Positions 31,953 through 43,080 of a stretch of DNA of 64,000 nucleotides are shown here, one piece after another (within the stretch, counting starts at the first letter, position 1; the number at the start of each line of letters is the position of its first letter). A model generated the notes under the pieces. It was not told where the DNA came from. It did not search any database and saw only the letters and a program-made list of their open reading frames with translations. The stretch is from Bacillota bacterium (lineage in GTDB: Bacteria > Bacillota > Proteinivoracia > UBA4975): assembly GCA_012523545.1 (NCBI GenBank), contig JAAYIH010000009.1, forward strand, positions 1,248 through 65,247, in the 5' to 3' direction. A program made the position numbers and the translations under genes.

Positions 31953-32822
31953 TTACACGGGTTTCAGAATTGCCGGGGCAATTTTGCCCAAAAAGTCCAC
32001 GGGGTTGTCGGCGGGGTTGTACTGAAAACAGGCAATGCCCCGGGAAAGGCAAAAACCTTTAATTTCTGCGGCATGCCGGTTGACGCTCTCCCGGTACGCA
32101 GCCAGCGTAAACTGGTCCAGGTCGATGTCTTTTTTGGCCCCGGTCTCGGAATCCACCAGGGTGACGGAGCCCAGCCAGCCCGGCTCCAGTTCGTCGGGAC
32201 TGATGACGTGGAAAACCAGAACCTGCTGGCGGGCCGCCAGCAACTTTTCCAGCCCCCGCTGCCAGGGGCTGAGAAAGTCGGAAATCACTACCGTAAACTG
32301 CAGGGGGCGGAGCAGGCGGCCCAGGGAAAGGAGCAGGGCATTGAGATCGCCCTCATGGCCAAAGCGCTGTTTCTCCAGAAATGAAATGAGCCGCGGCACC
32401 GCGCCCCGGCCGTGGACCGGCGGCAAAAAACTGTCTACAGCCTTGGTCCCCACCGCCACCGCCACCCTGTCGTAGGCCCGGAGACTGATATAGCCCAGAG
32501 CCAACGCCAGCCCCAGGCTGCGGTAACCTTTGTTGTGCTCGCCCCAATCCATGGAAGCGCTGCCATCCACGGCGATGTTTACCGTGGCGTCCAGTTCACC
32601 GCGGTTGAGGCGGGTGTAAAGGCGGCGGCTGCGCCCGTACAGCGACCAGTCGATGCGGCGGATGTCGTCACCGGGCAAGTACGGCCGGTAGTCGGCAAAT
32701 TCCAGGGACGAACCGTACTTGTTGGTGAGGCGTTTGCCGGCATTGCTGCCGGTCAGACCCCCTTTGTGCCTGAGGATGAGCCGGTCCAGGCGCTTTAAAT
32801 CCAGGTCAAAGGGCAGGGCCAT
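31953..32822 (-). CDS. DUF58-domain protein
   Basis: 289 aa ...LEFADYRPYLPGDDIRRIDWSLYGRSRRLYTRL... is the DUF58 core. Confidence 0.8.
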   Translation of the reverse strand: MALPFDLDLKRLDRLILRHKGGLTGSNAGKRLTNKYGSSLEFADYRPYLPGDDIRRIDWSLYGRSRRLYTRLNRGELDATVNIAVDGSASMDWGEHNKGYRSLGLALALGYISLRAYDRVAVAVGTKAVDSFLPPVHGRGAVPRLISFLEKQRFGHEGDLNALLLSLGRLLRPLQFTVVISDFLSPWQRGLEKLLAARQQVLVFHVISPDELEPGWLGSVTLVDSETGAKKDIDLDQFTLAAYRESVNRHAAEIKGFCLSRGIACFQYNPADNPVDFLGKIAPAILKPV

Positions 32823-32825
32823 GTC

Positions 32826-33785
<960 letters not shown>

Positions 33786-33786
33786 G

Positions 33787-35292
33787 TCAATTGCCCCCTT
33801 GCGGTGCGATGGCTTCAAAATAGCTGCGCACATAATCTTCCAGTTGACGCGGGATTTCGCCCCGGCCCAGGGAGCCCAGGGCGCGCTGGCGGTAACCGCT
33901 GAAGTAATTGCCGTAGTCCTGGCCCAGGCCCGGGTCGATGCGGAGCAAATCCCGCAGGGTATATTCTCCGCCGTCCCCTTCGCCGCCCAGGCTGAATTCG
34001 CCCTGGCCGGGGATGTAGACAAACTGGTGGGGAGAGGCTCCTGATCCGACGGGACTGGCGCCCTGGCCTTCGCCGGAGCCCTGACCGGGACCTTCACCGG
34101 AGCCCTGGCCCGAACCTTCTCCCGAGCCCTCGCCGGAGCCCTGGCCGGAACCTTCGCCCGAACCCTCGCCGGAACCCTGGCCGGAACCTTCGCCTGAACC
34201 CTCTCCAGAACCCTGGCCGGGGCCTTCTGAGCCGGAACCCTCCCCGGACCCCTCCCCGGACCCCTGGCCGGGGGTGTTTTCCTCCCCAGGCGTGCCGTCC
34301 GCCACCTGCCCGGCCTGGGCCAAAGCACTTTGGGCAGCCTGGGCATCCAGGCCGCTCAGGCGCTGAACCAGCTCCTGCCATTGGCCCGGCTGGGCGGCGG
34401 CGGGGTCGGCCGCCAGCTGGCGCAACATGTCGCCCAGGTCCTCAAACCGGTCCGGCAAAGCCTCTGCCAAATCGTCAAGCCTTTGTGCCAACTCACCGGC
34501 GAACTGGGGATCGCCGGCAGCGGCCCGGGCCAATTCCTGCGGAGACATGCCCTGCATAAGGTCCTCCAGCCCCTTGAGGGCGGCGGCCAGTGACTCCAGC
34601 TCCCGGGTTTCTGCCTCCAGCAGTTCCCGGGCCTCCCGGAGCAGGAGTTCCATTTCCTCGGGTGTTTGCGCCTCCAAAGCCTGGCGCACCAAATCCTCCA
34701 GTTGCTCCCGTATGCCCTCCAGCAAGGGGTCATCCTGCGGCAGTTCAGCTATAATTTCCTCCAGCTCCTCTGCCGTTTCCTGGCGCAGTTCCTTCAACTC
34801 CCGGAGCTGGTTAAAGGAGCGGGCCAGGCCGGGGGCAATGATCATGGCGACAACCACCAGGACAATAGCCGCCAGGGACAGCGCCGCCGGCAGGAAAAAG
34901 CGGCGGCGCTCCGCCCGATATACGGGCGGATTTTCCCTGAAGTACGCACCTGCCTCCTGGCGCAACATGGCCAGCATGTCGCCCTCCCGGCCCTGGTACT
35001 CCACCAGGGTCTGGATCCGTTCCCGACTGTTGAGATCCCGGTCCAGGCGCCGGGCAATTGCCAAATCATCGGGCCGCTTGATAAAGAGGATGACTGCTCC
35101 TGCCAAAACTGCGCCCAGGCTGAACAGCCAGCGCCATGGCCCCAGGCCGGCCCAGGGCGCTGCAGCCAAAACGCCTGCCGCATAGCCTGCCAGCCCGGCT
35201 GCCGCGAGGAAGAACAGGCCCGCCAGCCAATATTCCAGGCGGCATTGACGCCGCACCTTTTTCAATCCGGTCAGTTCCTGCGGCCATGCCAT
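33787..35292 (-). CDS. Membrane-anchored protein with coiled-coil and acidic region and (GSGEGS)n low-complexity tandem repeats; unknown function
   Basis: ATG at 35290-35292 with GGGAGG 7 nt upstream gives MAWPQELTGL.... Two N-terminal TM helices, an E/L-rich coiled coil, then 11 or more GSGEG(S/Q) hexapeptide repeats, and the C-terminal ...YVRSYFEAIAPQGGN. Confidence 0.65.
   Translation of the reverse strand: MAWPQELTGLKKVRRQCRLEYWLAGLFFLAAAGLAGYAAGVLAAAPWAGLGPWRWLFSLGAVLAGAVILFIKRPDDLAIARRLDRDLNSRERIQTLVEYQGREGDMLAMLRQEAGAYFRENPPVYRAERRRFFLPAALSLAAIVLVVVAMIIAPGLARSFNQLRELKELRQETAEELEEIIAELPQDDPLLEGIREQLEDLVRQALEAQTPEEMELLLREARELLEAETRELESLAAALKGLEDLMQGMSPQELARAAAGDPQFAGELAQRLDDLAEALPDRFEDLGDMLRQLAADPAAAQPGQWQELVQRLSGLDAQAAQSALAQAGQVADGTPGEENTPGQGSGEGSGEGSGSEGPGQGSGEGSGEGSGQGSGEGSGEGSGQGSGEGSGEGSGQGSGEGPGQGSGEGQGASPVGSGASPHQFVYIPGQGEFSLGGEGDGGEYTLRDLLRIDPGLGQDYGNYFSGYRQRALGSLGRGEIPRQLEDYVRSYFEAIAPQGGN
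34060..34290 (-). repeat. Tandem 18-bp coding repeats (GGAGCCCTGGCCGGAACCTTC-type) encoding (GSGEGS)n
   Basis: Visible periodic DNA repeat within the membrane-protein gene. Confidence 0.7.
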
Positions 35293-35355
35293 AACAGAAC
35301 CTCCCTGCACTGCAAAAGTTTATTTACAGTAAGACGTTACCGAATCTGCTTTTGT

Positions 35356-36207
35356 TTACCCTTTGCGCTTGCCAATAAGCGGATTGACACCCCGGGCGGC
35401 AATCCTCAGGCAAAGGAATGCGAAGGCAGAACTGGCCAGAAAAACCAGGTGCCAGAACTTAACCGGGCTGTTGACAAAGGGGTAATGGGGCAGGAAAAAC
35501 TCGAGCGCAGCACCTGCCTCCTCGGGGAAAACCCATTCCAGCAATGCCGCGGGGTTGAGGATGAGCAGGGGATAGGAAAGCACCGTCCCCGATTGATAGA
35601 AAATCTCCGAAAGCAGGATCGCCAGGATCAGCGTCCCGCCCGTGAGAAAGCCGGTCAAAGCATAGGAAGCGATGATGGCGGTGATGGTGCGCCGGAACAG
35701 GGCAGAAAACATCACCGACCAACAGCCCACAAAGAAGGCGGTGCACAACTGGGCCAGGAAGAGAGTTGCCAGTTCCGCCGGGGAGACTCCGCCCATGAGA
35801 AAGACAAAGCCGTACAAAGGCAAGCTGGCAACCATCAGCAGCACCACTGCACTGAGGCCGGCCGCCAGTTTGCCCAGAACAATCCCCCAGGGGGTCAGCT
35901 GGGTGCAGGCCAAAAGGTCAAAAGTCTGGCGCTCCCGTTCGCCGCTGACGGCGTTGCCCAACAGGGCGGGCACCGAAAAGATGACCAGGCCGGACTGGAG
36001 AAAGGCAAGGAAAGCGAACATCGCCCGGCCCAGCTCGGAAAGAGAGTCGTAACCCATGCGCACCGTGCTGAACATGGCGCTGAAGAAGAGCAGGGCGAAA
36101 CCTCCCAATCCCAGCAGGTAGAGGGAGACCATGGCAAAGGTGCGCCAGGTGCGCATGCGGATGCGCAATTCTTTGGCCAGCAGGGGGTTAATTCTCAGGC
36201 TCGGCAT
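35356..36207 (-). CDS. ABC-2 family transporter permease (GldF/NosY-like)
   Basis: 283 aa, 6 TM. MPSLRINPLLAKELRIRMRTWRTF... is a typical ABC-2 N-terminus. RBS GGAGGTGA. Confidence 0.8.
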   Translation of the reverse strand: MPSLRINPLLAKELRIRMRTWRTFAMVSLYLLGLGGFALLFFSAMFSTVRMGYDSLSELGRAMFAFLAFLQSGLVIFSVPALLGNAVSGERERQTFDLLACTQLTPWGIVLGKLAAGLSAVVLLMVASLPLYGFVFLMGGVSPAELATLFLAQLCTAFFVGCWSVMFSALFRRTITAIIASYALTGFLTGGTLILAILLSEIFYQSGTVLSYPLLILNPAALLEWVFPEEAGAALEFFLPHYPFVNSPVKFWHLVFLASSAFAFLCLRIAARGVNPLIGKRKG

Positions 36208-37129
36208 TGCCGTTCACCTCCGTAATTTCCATAAAGATCTGCTCCAGATTGCCGCTGCTGGGCGAGAAGGAAAAGAGAGTGAAGCGATTGGCCATCTCCC
36301 GCAGCAATCGAGCCTGAGTTTCCCTGTCGCCGCTAAACACGGCCTCCAAATGGCCGGAATTGGTCACCGTAGCTTCCCGTACCCCTTGCTGCTCCAACAG
36401 CCAAAGCCTGGCCTCCTCCAAACGGTCGGCCACGGCGATTTCGATGATGACTTCTCCCCTGACCCGGGCCAGCACATCGGAGACGGGACCGCTCAGGGCC
36501 AGCACCCCCTGGTTGATGATGCCCACGTGGGTACAGAGCTGGGCCAGCTCGGCCAGGATGTGGGAGCTGATGATTATGGTCTTGCCCATGCGCTGCAACT
36601 CTTTGATGATGTTGCGAAACTCCACCCGCGCCCGGGGGTCCAAACCCGAAGCCGGCTCGTCCAGAATAAGCACCTCGGGGCGATGGACCAGGGCCCGCGC
36701 CAGGCACAGGCGCTGTTTCATACCCCGGGACAGGTTGTTGACATAACTGTCTTTCTTGTCCGCCAGCCCCACCAGTTCCAGCAGGCCGGGGATATCCCGG
36801 CGCACTTCGGCCAGGGTGCGGCCGGATACTTCGCCGTAAAACTCCAGGTATTCATCGACCCGAAGGTCGTCGTAAACGCCGAAAAAGTCGGGCATGTAGC
36901 CCAACAGCCGCCGGGTGCGGCGCAGGTCACGGGAAACGGGCACCCCCCCGATTTCCACTTCACCGGCAGTGGGAGCCAGCAGGGTAGCCATTATCCGCAG
37001 GGTCGTGGTCTTGCCGGCGCCGTTGGGGCCGACAAAACCGTAAATGCTGCCCTGGCTGACCACAAAGCTGAGGTCCCGGACGGCGGCAAAATTTCCGTAG
37101 TACTTGGTCAGGTTGCTGACCTTAATCAT
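36188..37129 (-). CDS. ABC transporter ATP-binding protein (GldA-like)
   Basis: 313 aa. Walker A GPNGAGKTTTLRIM. Signature LSRGMKQRL. Walker B ILDEP. Overlaps the permease gene by 20 nt. Confidence 0.9.
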   Translation of the reverse strand: MIKVSNLTKYYGNFAAVRDLSFVVSQGSIYGFVGPNGAGKTTTLRIMATLLAPTAGEVEIGGVPVSRDLRRTRRLLGYMPDFFGVYDDLRVDEYLEFYGEVSGRTLAEVRRDIPGLLELVGLADKKDSYVNNLSRGMKQRLCLARALVHRPEVLILDEPASGLDPRARVEFRNIIKELQRMGKTIIISSHILAELAQLCTHVGIINQGVLALSGPVSDVLARVRGEVIIEIAVADRLEEARLWLLEQQGVREATVTNSGHLEAVFSGDRETQARLLREMANRFTLFSFSPSSGNLEQIFMEITEVNGNAEPEN

Positions 37130-39368
37130 TGAACCGGCCCCCCTTCACAGACACATCCATGCCTGTGCGGTGAAAGCCAAAATTGCCTTCAAATTCTATC
37201 CGCACCCGCAGGCGATTATCGTAGATCAGCTCTTCCACGTGTTCCAATAGTATGGAATGAACCGCTCCGCCCAACAGCACATCCCATTCGGTCAGGATTT
37301 CCCACTCGTCCCTGGCGTAGTTATACACCTGCAAACTGCCCGAACCGTGGCCCCAAAGAGGGTCCATGTTGAGGTAAAAATCGCCTTGGGTGAAATCAAG
37401 GTTGGGGGGGAAGGCAAAGACCAGTTCGACGGCGCCGGGTCCTATGAACTCATAGCTTCCGTCCCCTCTTCCGGATATCATGTTGCCGGACTCTGCCACG
37501 ATTTCGGGGAACAAGAACCGGCGCGGGATGTCCGCTGTTTGCTGGTCAAAGGCGATGTTATCCAGGTCCAGACGCTGAAACCACATGTCCAGGGCCACCA
37601 CTTTGTCGGCCCCTTCTGTCGCAATTACTCCCCCATCGCCAAAGCCCAGGAATAAGAACGACGCGTTGGGCAGAAGTTCGTAAATGTCATACCAGCCGTA
37701 AAACTGCGAGGCCGAATAGCGCCTCAGTAATTCATGTAAATCCACCTGGTATAACGATGACGCGTCCACTTGCCTGCTCTCTCCCGCCCCCAGGGGGCCA
37801 ACCCTGTACCAATGTTCACCCAGGCGAATGTAGCTGTCAAACATGGCGTATCCGGTATTATTGACCACCTGGACCGCCAAGGTAACCTTATCGCCTTTGT
37901 GCACAGCCTGAACGGCAAAATTGCCCGGCAGAGACAGGTAATCGGTAGCGTAAAAGCGTTGTACCGACCACAGGGGCGGTCTGGCAAAGCTTATGCGGGT
38001 TCCGTCTCCCGTCCAGGTCACCGTTCCCCCATCCCCGGCAGCGAGGGCGTCGGCCTGGGCAACCAGCGTCACCGGTTTTCGGTTGGGGGTAAAGACTCCT
38101 GCGCTGCTTTCGGCGTAAGCCAGATTTTCGCTGCACACCTCAATGACATTGAATTGGTAAACCACCCGCTCGGAGCCCATACCAATGCGACCGGCAGCAA
38201 AGGTGCCGGCGACAAAGAGAACGGCCAAAAGGGGAATGGTCACCCAGGCCCACTCGCGGCGATCCAGTTTGCGCAGAATCACCCAATTAATCGGCCCGGC
38301 CAGGAGAATGTAAACCAGGAGCACCAAAAGCAGCTTCCCGGGAGAAATAGCCTCTGTGGCCTCGCCCTGGGCAATGGCGTTAAAAATACTGCGAAAAGCC
38401 CACGACTCGCCTGGCACAACGGGCTGGGTGGCAACGGGCAGGAACAAGAAGAGTTTTCGCCAAAAGGCGATGCTGTTGCCCATATCGTCCAGGGGCGGGG
38501 CCGTCAAATCCAATGCCGACCACAACACCACCCCTTTCCCCACCGCGTTCTGGACCAGCAGCGGTATGTCGCCGGAATGGTGCAAAACAACGCCCAGGCT
38601 TTCCCCCAGGACGACAGTATAATTCTGTGGGGGGATGGGAACGGGAAGCTCCAGGACTTCCAGGTCCCGGGCGCCGACGGCGCCAATCCCCCGGGCGCGG
38701 ACGGGCGCCAACTCCTCCGGGATCAAATCCAGGGCGCGCTGCCCGCCGCTGCCGCCGCCCAGAACCAGGACTCCGCCCTGTTCCACCCAGCAGCGCAGGT
38801 TTTCCTTCTGACGTGCGTTGAGCATGATGGGCTCCGGATCGTTGACGACAATGGCCCTGAAGTTGACGGCAAAGGGGAGGTGGTCCAGATGCTCGGGACC
38901 AATTCTTACCAAAAAGGAATTGGGGAGGGCGTTGACCAGTTCACCGAGCCCCTGGGTACTGCTCCCCAGCACTCCAATGTATTTTGTGTTTTGATAATCG
39001 TCACTGGAAGCAATGCCAATCCGTTTCAATTCCCTGCCCCGGGAATCGCTGAGGACGATGACCGGGCTGTTTCCGCGCCAATTCTGACTCGGCGGCAGGT
39101 GAAAGACCGCGACGGCGCTTGCCCCGGCCTCCACAAAGACCTCCTGGCTGTAATGTCCTCCGAGACTGACGGTAAGGGTACCCTGCAGGTCCTCACTGTC
39201 CTTGTTTATTACAGTGACCTCCAGCCTGTTCCAGGTGCGCATATGGAACAGCGAATTGCCCAGATTCAATTTATAGTTGAGTTCGTACCCTTCAGCCCGG
39301 GCAACGCCCGGCGCCCAGGCCAGCAGCAAAATGGCCAGGGCCAGGACGGCCGGCATCTTTATCTTCAT
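37122..39368 (-). CDS. Large exported, membrane-anchored protein; tentatively a GldG/ABC_transp_aux-like or DUF4350-like auxiliary component
   Basis: 748 aa. Signal peptide MKIKMPAVLALAILLLAWAPGVARA. Central TM hairpin (LLLVLLVYILLAGPINWVI...WVTIPLLAVLFVAGTFAAG). Translationally coupled to the ABC ATPase. RBS GGAGGT. Confidence 0.6.
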   Translation of the reverse strand: MKIKMPAVLALAILLLAWAPGVARAEGYELNYKLNLGNSLFHMRTWNRLEVTVINKDSEDLQGTLTVSLGGHYSQEVFVEAGASAVAVFHLPPSQNWRGNSPVIVLSDSRGRELKRIGIASSDDYQNTKYIGVLGSSTQGLGELVNALPNSFLVRIGPEHLDHLPFAVNFRAIVVNDPEPIMLNARQKENLRCWVEQGGVLVLGGGSGGQRALDLIPEELAPVRARGIGAVGARDLEVLELPVPIPPQNYTVVLGESLGVVLHHSGDIPLLVQNAVGKGVVLWSALDLTAPPLDDMGNSIAFWRKLFLFLPVATQPVVPGESWAFRSIFNAIAQGEATEAISPGKLLLVLLVYILLAGPINWVILRKLDRREWAWVTIPLLAVLFVAGTFAAGRIGMGSERVVYQFNVIEVCSENLAYAESSAGVFTPNRKPVTLVAQADALAAGDGGTVTWTGDGTRISFARPPLWSVQRFYATDYLSLPGNFAVQAVHKGDKVTLAVQVVNNTGYAMFDSYIRLGEHWYRVGPLGAGESRQVDASSLYQVDLHELLRRYSASQFYGWYDIYELLPNASFLFLGFGDGGVIATEGADKVVALDMWFQRLDLDNIAFDQQTADIPRRFLFPEIVAESGNMISGRGDGSYEFIGPGAVELVFAFPPNLDFTQGDFYLNMDPLWGHGSGSLQVYNYARDEWEILTEWDVLLGGAVHSILLEHVEELIYDNRLRVRIEFEGNFGFHRTGMDVSVKGGRFND

Positions 39369-39693
39369 TACTTGCTACCTCCATTCCGATGCATTGTTGC
39401 CTCGCAACGATTGGGTGCCAAATCTGCCTCCCGCCATTGCGGCGCAGCATTCCCTGCCCGCCGTTGGGAAAGGCGCGTGCGCCCAACAGATTTTAGCATC
39501 CATGCCCCGGCAAATTGCCGCGGGGACTGCATGTATAATTCCATACCGCACTCCCGGTTCCCTGCCGCAGAAATAAATATTGCAAGCAATCGGCAAAGGC
39601 AATTGCTGCACGGTACCGCCGCCCTATGCTTCAATTCCGCGCGATTTCCGAATTTGCCTTTCGCGTTGCCAACGCGGCAGCCCGCCAGCGGGA

Positions 39694-42069
39694 TTATCGT
39701 GACTCGTCGCCCGGAGACGGAGACAACCGGATCAGGGAAGCGGCCAGGGCCTCAGCGGTGACTGTATGCCACGGGCTCCCCTGGTACCAGCGCGGAGTCA
39801 AACCGCCTTTGCGCCTGGGCACGCCAAAGCGCCGCCCCCACAACCCGGCGACGTCCAGGGCCACGGCATAAGGCAAGTACTTTTCAAAGCGCGCCGGGCC
39901 GCCGGGCTTTTCCCGGTCCATAGCCAGCCACTGCCGCAATCCCCGGGCCTGGTCCAGGAGTTGCTGTCCCGCTGGGGTGGGCACCGTCAACGCCCGGAGG
40001 AAAAATCCGGTGGCGGCATTGATGCCAAGGCCCGCTGCGGGCATGGTCCAGCCCAGATGGGTCGCCAGCCAGCGCCCCCACAGCCAGGTCAGGCCTGCCG
40101 CCGCCGCCAGTTCCGCCGCCAGCACCAGGGCCACTGCTGTCCAGCCCCAGTCGTCGGCCAGTCCCGGCAACCGGGCGGCGGTGCTGAGGGCGAGCATGGC
40201 CAGGGCGAAGCCCCAGAGCATAAAGCCCAAAAAGGCCAGGGTAACCCCAACAGACACCGGCAACAGGCGGCTGCTCAGGACGGCGCCCGCCGCCGCCAAA
40301 AACGCAGCGGGGTAAATCCGGCCCCGGTTAAAATGCAGCAGTTTGCCCCGCGCCAGCGCCAGCAATTCCCGCTTTTGCCGCTGCCGAGCAGTGCGCAGCA
40401 GGGTCCTGTCCCGGTGCAGAAAAACGGCCTGGTTGCGGGCAAAAAGGGCCTGGAGCAGGGTCTCTTCGTCCCGGGGCAGGGGCTGCCCGGCGCCGCCTCT
40501 GACCAAAGCGTACTTGCCCGCCTCCTCTACTATCAGCAGGCGCCCCTGCACCGCCAGGCTGATGACGGATGCCGTAAAGGACCTGCTGTCGTATACTCCG
40601 GTGCGCACATAGCGCAACAGCGCCGGCGAGGCCTGGGCAGGGAGAGCGGAAACGGGCTGCACCTTGCCTGCAGGCCGCCGGCCCCGGTGCAACCAGAGCA
40701 AGCCGTACCAGCCCAGGAGCAGGGCAAGCAGACCGAGGCTGACGGCGGCGCCGGCATTGTCCCGCAACCACCACCGCAGCCGGTATTGCCAGGCTGACGG
40801 CGGCAAAGCACCCCGGGGCCAGGCCACGGCGCAAACCAAGTTTTCACCGGGCGCCAAAGGACGCGTGGTTGCAAAGACAATTTTTTCCCCCTCGGTATAA
40901 TGGAAGACCTGGCTGTCCGTTGTCCCTGCGCCGCCGATAAAGGACGCCGCCAGGAGTTCCTTGTCCTGCACGGCCTCGGGCAGCTCCAGGCTGAAAGTAA
41001 CCTGGTCAATTTCCCGGTCGAGGAAGTACCCCGGCAACAGCCATTTTATTTCCTCCCGCCCCCCGGCAACAGCGGCCTGGCGATCCAGGCTGTAGACCAG
41101 AACCAGGCGGCACCGACCGCGGGGCAGGGGCTGCCGGGGACTGCCCACAACCAGGCGCCTGCCGCCGTGAATGCTTTGCCAGGTCCACGGGACGTCGGCG
41201 CCGTTTACCTGCACCTGCACAACCTCCAGTTCCGCCAGCCGGCGCCGGCCCCCGGCGTCCCTGTACAGGCCGGGGAAGTCCCGGACAAACCCGCTTTGAA
41301 AACTGCCGTCATTGTCCAGGACAATTTCTTCCCGCACCGTCAGGCGCCGGCTTTCGTCCAGCACGGCGCGGGCATCCAGGCTGAGAATGCGCTCCCTTTC
41401 CCGGGGCAGGTCGGCATAGCCCCGGGGCCAGGACACTTCCACAACCATAGTCTCCCCCGGCTCCAGCGGCCGCACAGCCTCTACCTTCAGCCAATCCTCC
41501 TCTTCCAGCGTGCTGGTCCAATCCCTGTCCCTGCCCCCCACCAGGGCCCCCCACCGGGAGAAGCCGGGGCGGGGAGTGCGGGCAAAGTCCACGCTGACCG
41601 CCACCCGCTCCGCAGGCCAGGGCCAGGGGCCCGCCGCGGTCCACACCAGGGTTTCCAAAGACTCATGGAACCGGAAGAGGCGCATGCTCCGGTAACGCAA
41701 AGTAAACACGTAACGGCCTGGCGGAAGCGTGCTCCCCATCGTCACCGTCAGGCCGTCGGGGCAGTCCGTCAGGGTGTATGCCTCCGCACGGCCATCCCTC
41801 AACACTTCCAGGATTTCATAAGCACAGGCCTGCCTCAGGCCGTGTTCTGTCTCGTGCCAGCGGGGGAGCAGGCGCTCAAAGGCGGGGCTGTCCTGGTGAA
41901 CCGTCAGGATTACAGTTTCCGAAACTTCAATTCCTCCCTGGGGCAAAATGGTAATCCGGGCCAAAAAAGACTTGATGCCGGGTTCATCCGCCGCCGCCAT
42001 TTGTCCCCGAACCGGCACAGGATACAGCACCAGCAGCAACACAAGGACGAAAACAAGCTTCCTGGCCAC
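39694..42069 (-). CDS. Large membrane protein with N-terminal signal peptide, extracytoplasmic beta-rich domain and multiple C-terminal TM helices (DUF2207-like, tentative)
   Basis: 791 aa. GTG at 42067-42069 with AAGGGTGG RBS. MARKLVFVLVLLLVLYPVPVRG is the signal peptide. Mid-protein and C-terminal TM clusters. First gene of the nine-gene operon. Confidence 0.55.
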   Translation of the reverse strand: MARKLVFVLVLLLVLYPVPVRGQMAAADEPGIKSFLARITILPQGGIEVSETVILTVHQDSPAFERLLPRWHETEHGLRQACAYEILEVLRDGRAEAYTLTDCPDGLTVTMGSTLPPGRYVFTLRYRSMRLFRFHESLETLVWTAAGPWPWPAERVAVSVDFARTPRPGFSRWGALVGGRDRDWTSTLEEEDWLKVEAVRPLEPGETMVVEVSWPRGYADLPRERERILSLDARAVLDESRRLTVREEIVLDNDGSFQSGFVRDFPGLYRDAGGRRRLAELEVVQVQVNGADVPWTWQSIHGGRRLVVGSPRQPLPRGRCRLVLVYSLDRQAAVAGGREEIKWLLPGYFLDREIDQVTFSLELPEAVQDKELLAASFIGGAGTTDSQVFHYTEGEKIVFATTRPLAPGENLVCAVAWPRGALPPSAWQYRLRWWLRDNAGAAVSLGLLALLLGWYGLLWLHRGRRPAGKVQPVSALPAQASPALLRYVRTGVYDSRSFTASVISLAVQGRLLIVEEAGKYALVRGGAGQPLPRDEETLLQALFARNQAVFLHRDRTLLRTARQRQKRELLALARGKLLHFNRGRIYPAAFLAAAGAVLSSRLLPVSVGVTLAFLGFMLWGFALAMLALSTAARLPGLADDWGWTAVALVLAAELAAAAGLTWLWGRWLATHLGWTMPAAGLGINAATGFFLRALTVPTPAGQQLLDQARGLRQWLAMDREKPGGPARFEKYLPYAVALDVAGLWGRRFGVPRRKGGLTPRWYQGSPWHTVTAEALAASLIRLSPSPGDESR

Positions 42070-42130
42070 AGGCGCCACCCTTTCAGTGTTTTTGTAACTT
42101 ATTGAATTCTATTGGATAACTGCATTTTCC

Positions 42131-42164
42131 TGCAAAAAAAATTGGCTTGCGCCAAATTTTTTAG
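42131..42164 (-). terminator. Bidirectional rho-independent terminator after def
   Basis: TTGGC-TTGC-GCCAA hairpin with T-runs on both strands (AAAAAAAA...TTTTTT). Confidence 0.5.
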
Positions 42165-42691
42165 TCCTTTGCCCTTTCTTCCCGATCCTGCCAGTACCTG
42201 CTGAAGTATTCGTTGGTGGTGCATAAGCTCTGGGGCTCGGCCAGGTCGATGGCCAGGCGTCCGTCCAGGTGCTCCAGTTCGTGTTGCAACAGTTCAGCCA
42301 GGTCCCCCTCGGCCTCCGCCGTGTGCACCTGCCAGTTGAGATCGCGATAGCTGACCGTAACCCGGCGGTGGCGCCGGACCTGAAACCAAATGCCGGGATA
42401 GCTGAAGCAGGAATCCCAGACGACAAACATCTCCTCGCTTTTTTCAGTAAACTTGGGGTTAATCAGGACCCAGGGCATGCCCTGGTGCTGGATGACCACC
42501 ACCCGCCGGTGCACCCCCACCTGGGGAGCGGCGATGCCGCGGCCGTAGCCCATGCGGTGACGAAAATCCAGCAAAGTATCGTACATGTCCCGGGCCAGGG
42601 CGTGAATTTCCGCCAGCTCTTCCTGCCGCACCGGCCGGCTGGGCTGGCGCAACAGGGGATTGCCCAACTCAATTATGGGACGAATTGCCAT
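42161..42691 (-). CDS. def: Peptide deformylase
   Basis: MAIRPIIELGNPLLRQPSRPV...GIAAPQVG...HELEHLDG are the deformylase motifs. ATG at 42689-42691 with GAGGTGA upstream. Confidence 0.9.
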   Translation of the reverse strand: MAIRPIIELGNPLLRQPSRPVRQEELAEIHALARDMYDTLLDFRHRMGYGRGIAAPQVGVHRRVVVIQHQGMPWVLINPKFTEKSEEMFVVWDSCFSYPGIWFQVRRHRRVTVSYRDLNWQVHTAEAEGDLAELLQHELEHLDGRLAIDLAEPQSLCTTNEYFSRYWQDREERAKD

Positions 42692-42720
42692 TGCTCTCAC
42701 CTCTCTCTGCGCCTTGCGAC

Positions 42721-43080
42721 TTATCCCAATACCTTCAGTTTACCGTCGGCGGCCTTGGGCACATCCGCCATTATCTTGGCTGCCAGGCCCTCGCCCAGGG
42801 GCATTGTTACAATCAGAGAGTTTGTCTCGCCAAAATCGTACAGCCCTCGCACCTGTTTGCCGGTGTCCACGGCTACACAGGCCGGACACCCCTTGTGCCT
42901 TTCCTCTTCCCCCAGGGTCTGGCAGCATCTTTTGCCAATCAGCTCTGCCCCTTCCCCAAACATTTCGGCATGGGCCTGGTTGCACCAGACCACCTTCATA
43001 TCCCTATCCACCACCATGATTTTAAAAATGGGAGAAGAGACCACTGCCTCCCCCAACAGCCGGGCCATCTTCGTATCCAT
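42721..43080 (-). CDS. PAS-domain sensor-like small protein with Cys-rich motif
   Basis: MDTKMARLLGEAVVSSPIFKIMVVDRDMKVVWCNQAHAEMFG... is a PAS fold. ATG at 43078-43080. An alternative longer ORF runs to 43248. Confidence 0.5.
   Translation of the reverse strand: MDTKMARLLGEAVVSSPIFKIMVVDRDMKVVWCNQAHAEMFGEGAELIGKRCCQTLGEEERHKGCPACVAVDTGKQVRGLYDFGETNSLIVTMPLGEGLAAKIMADVPKAADGKLKVLG

Noticed and set aside
34040-34300. Possible CRISPR-like or minisatellite array
   Set aside because: The periodic 18-bp repeats are in frame and encode (GSGEGS)n within a protein. There are no spacer-like unique segments, so this is a low-complexity coding repeat and not a CRISPR array.
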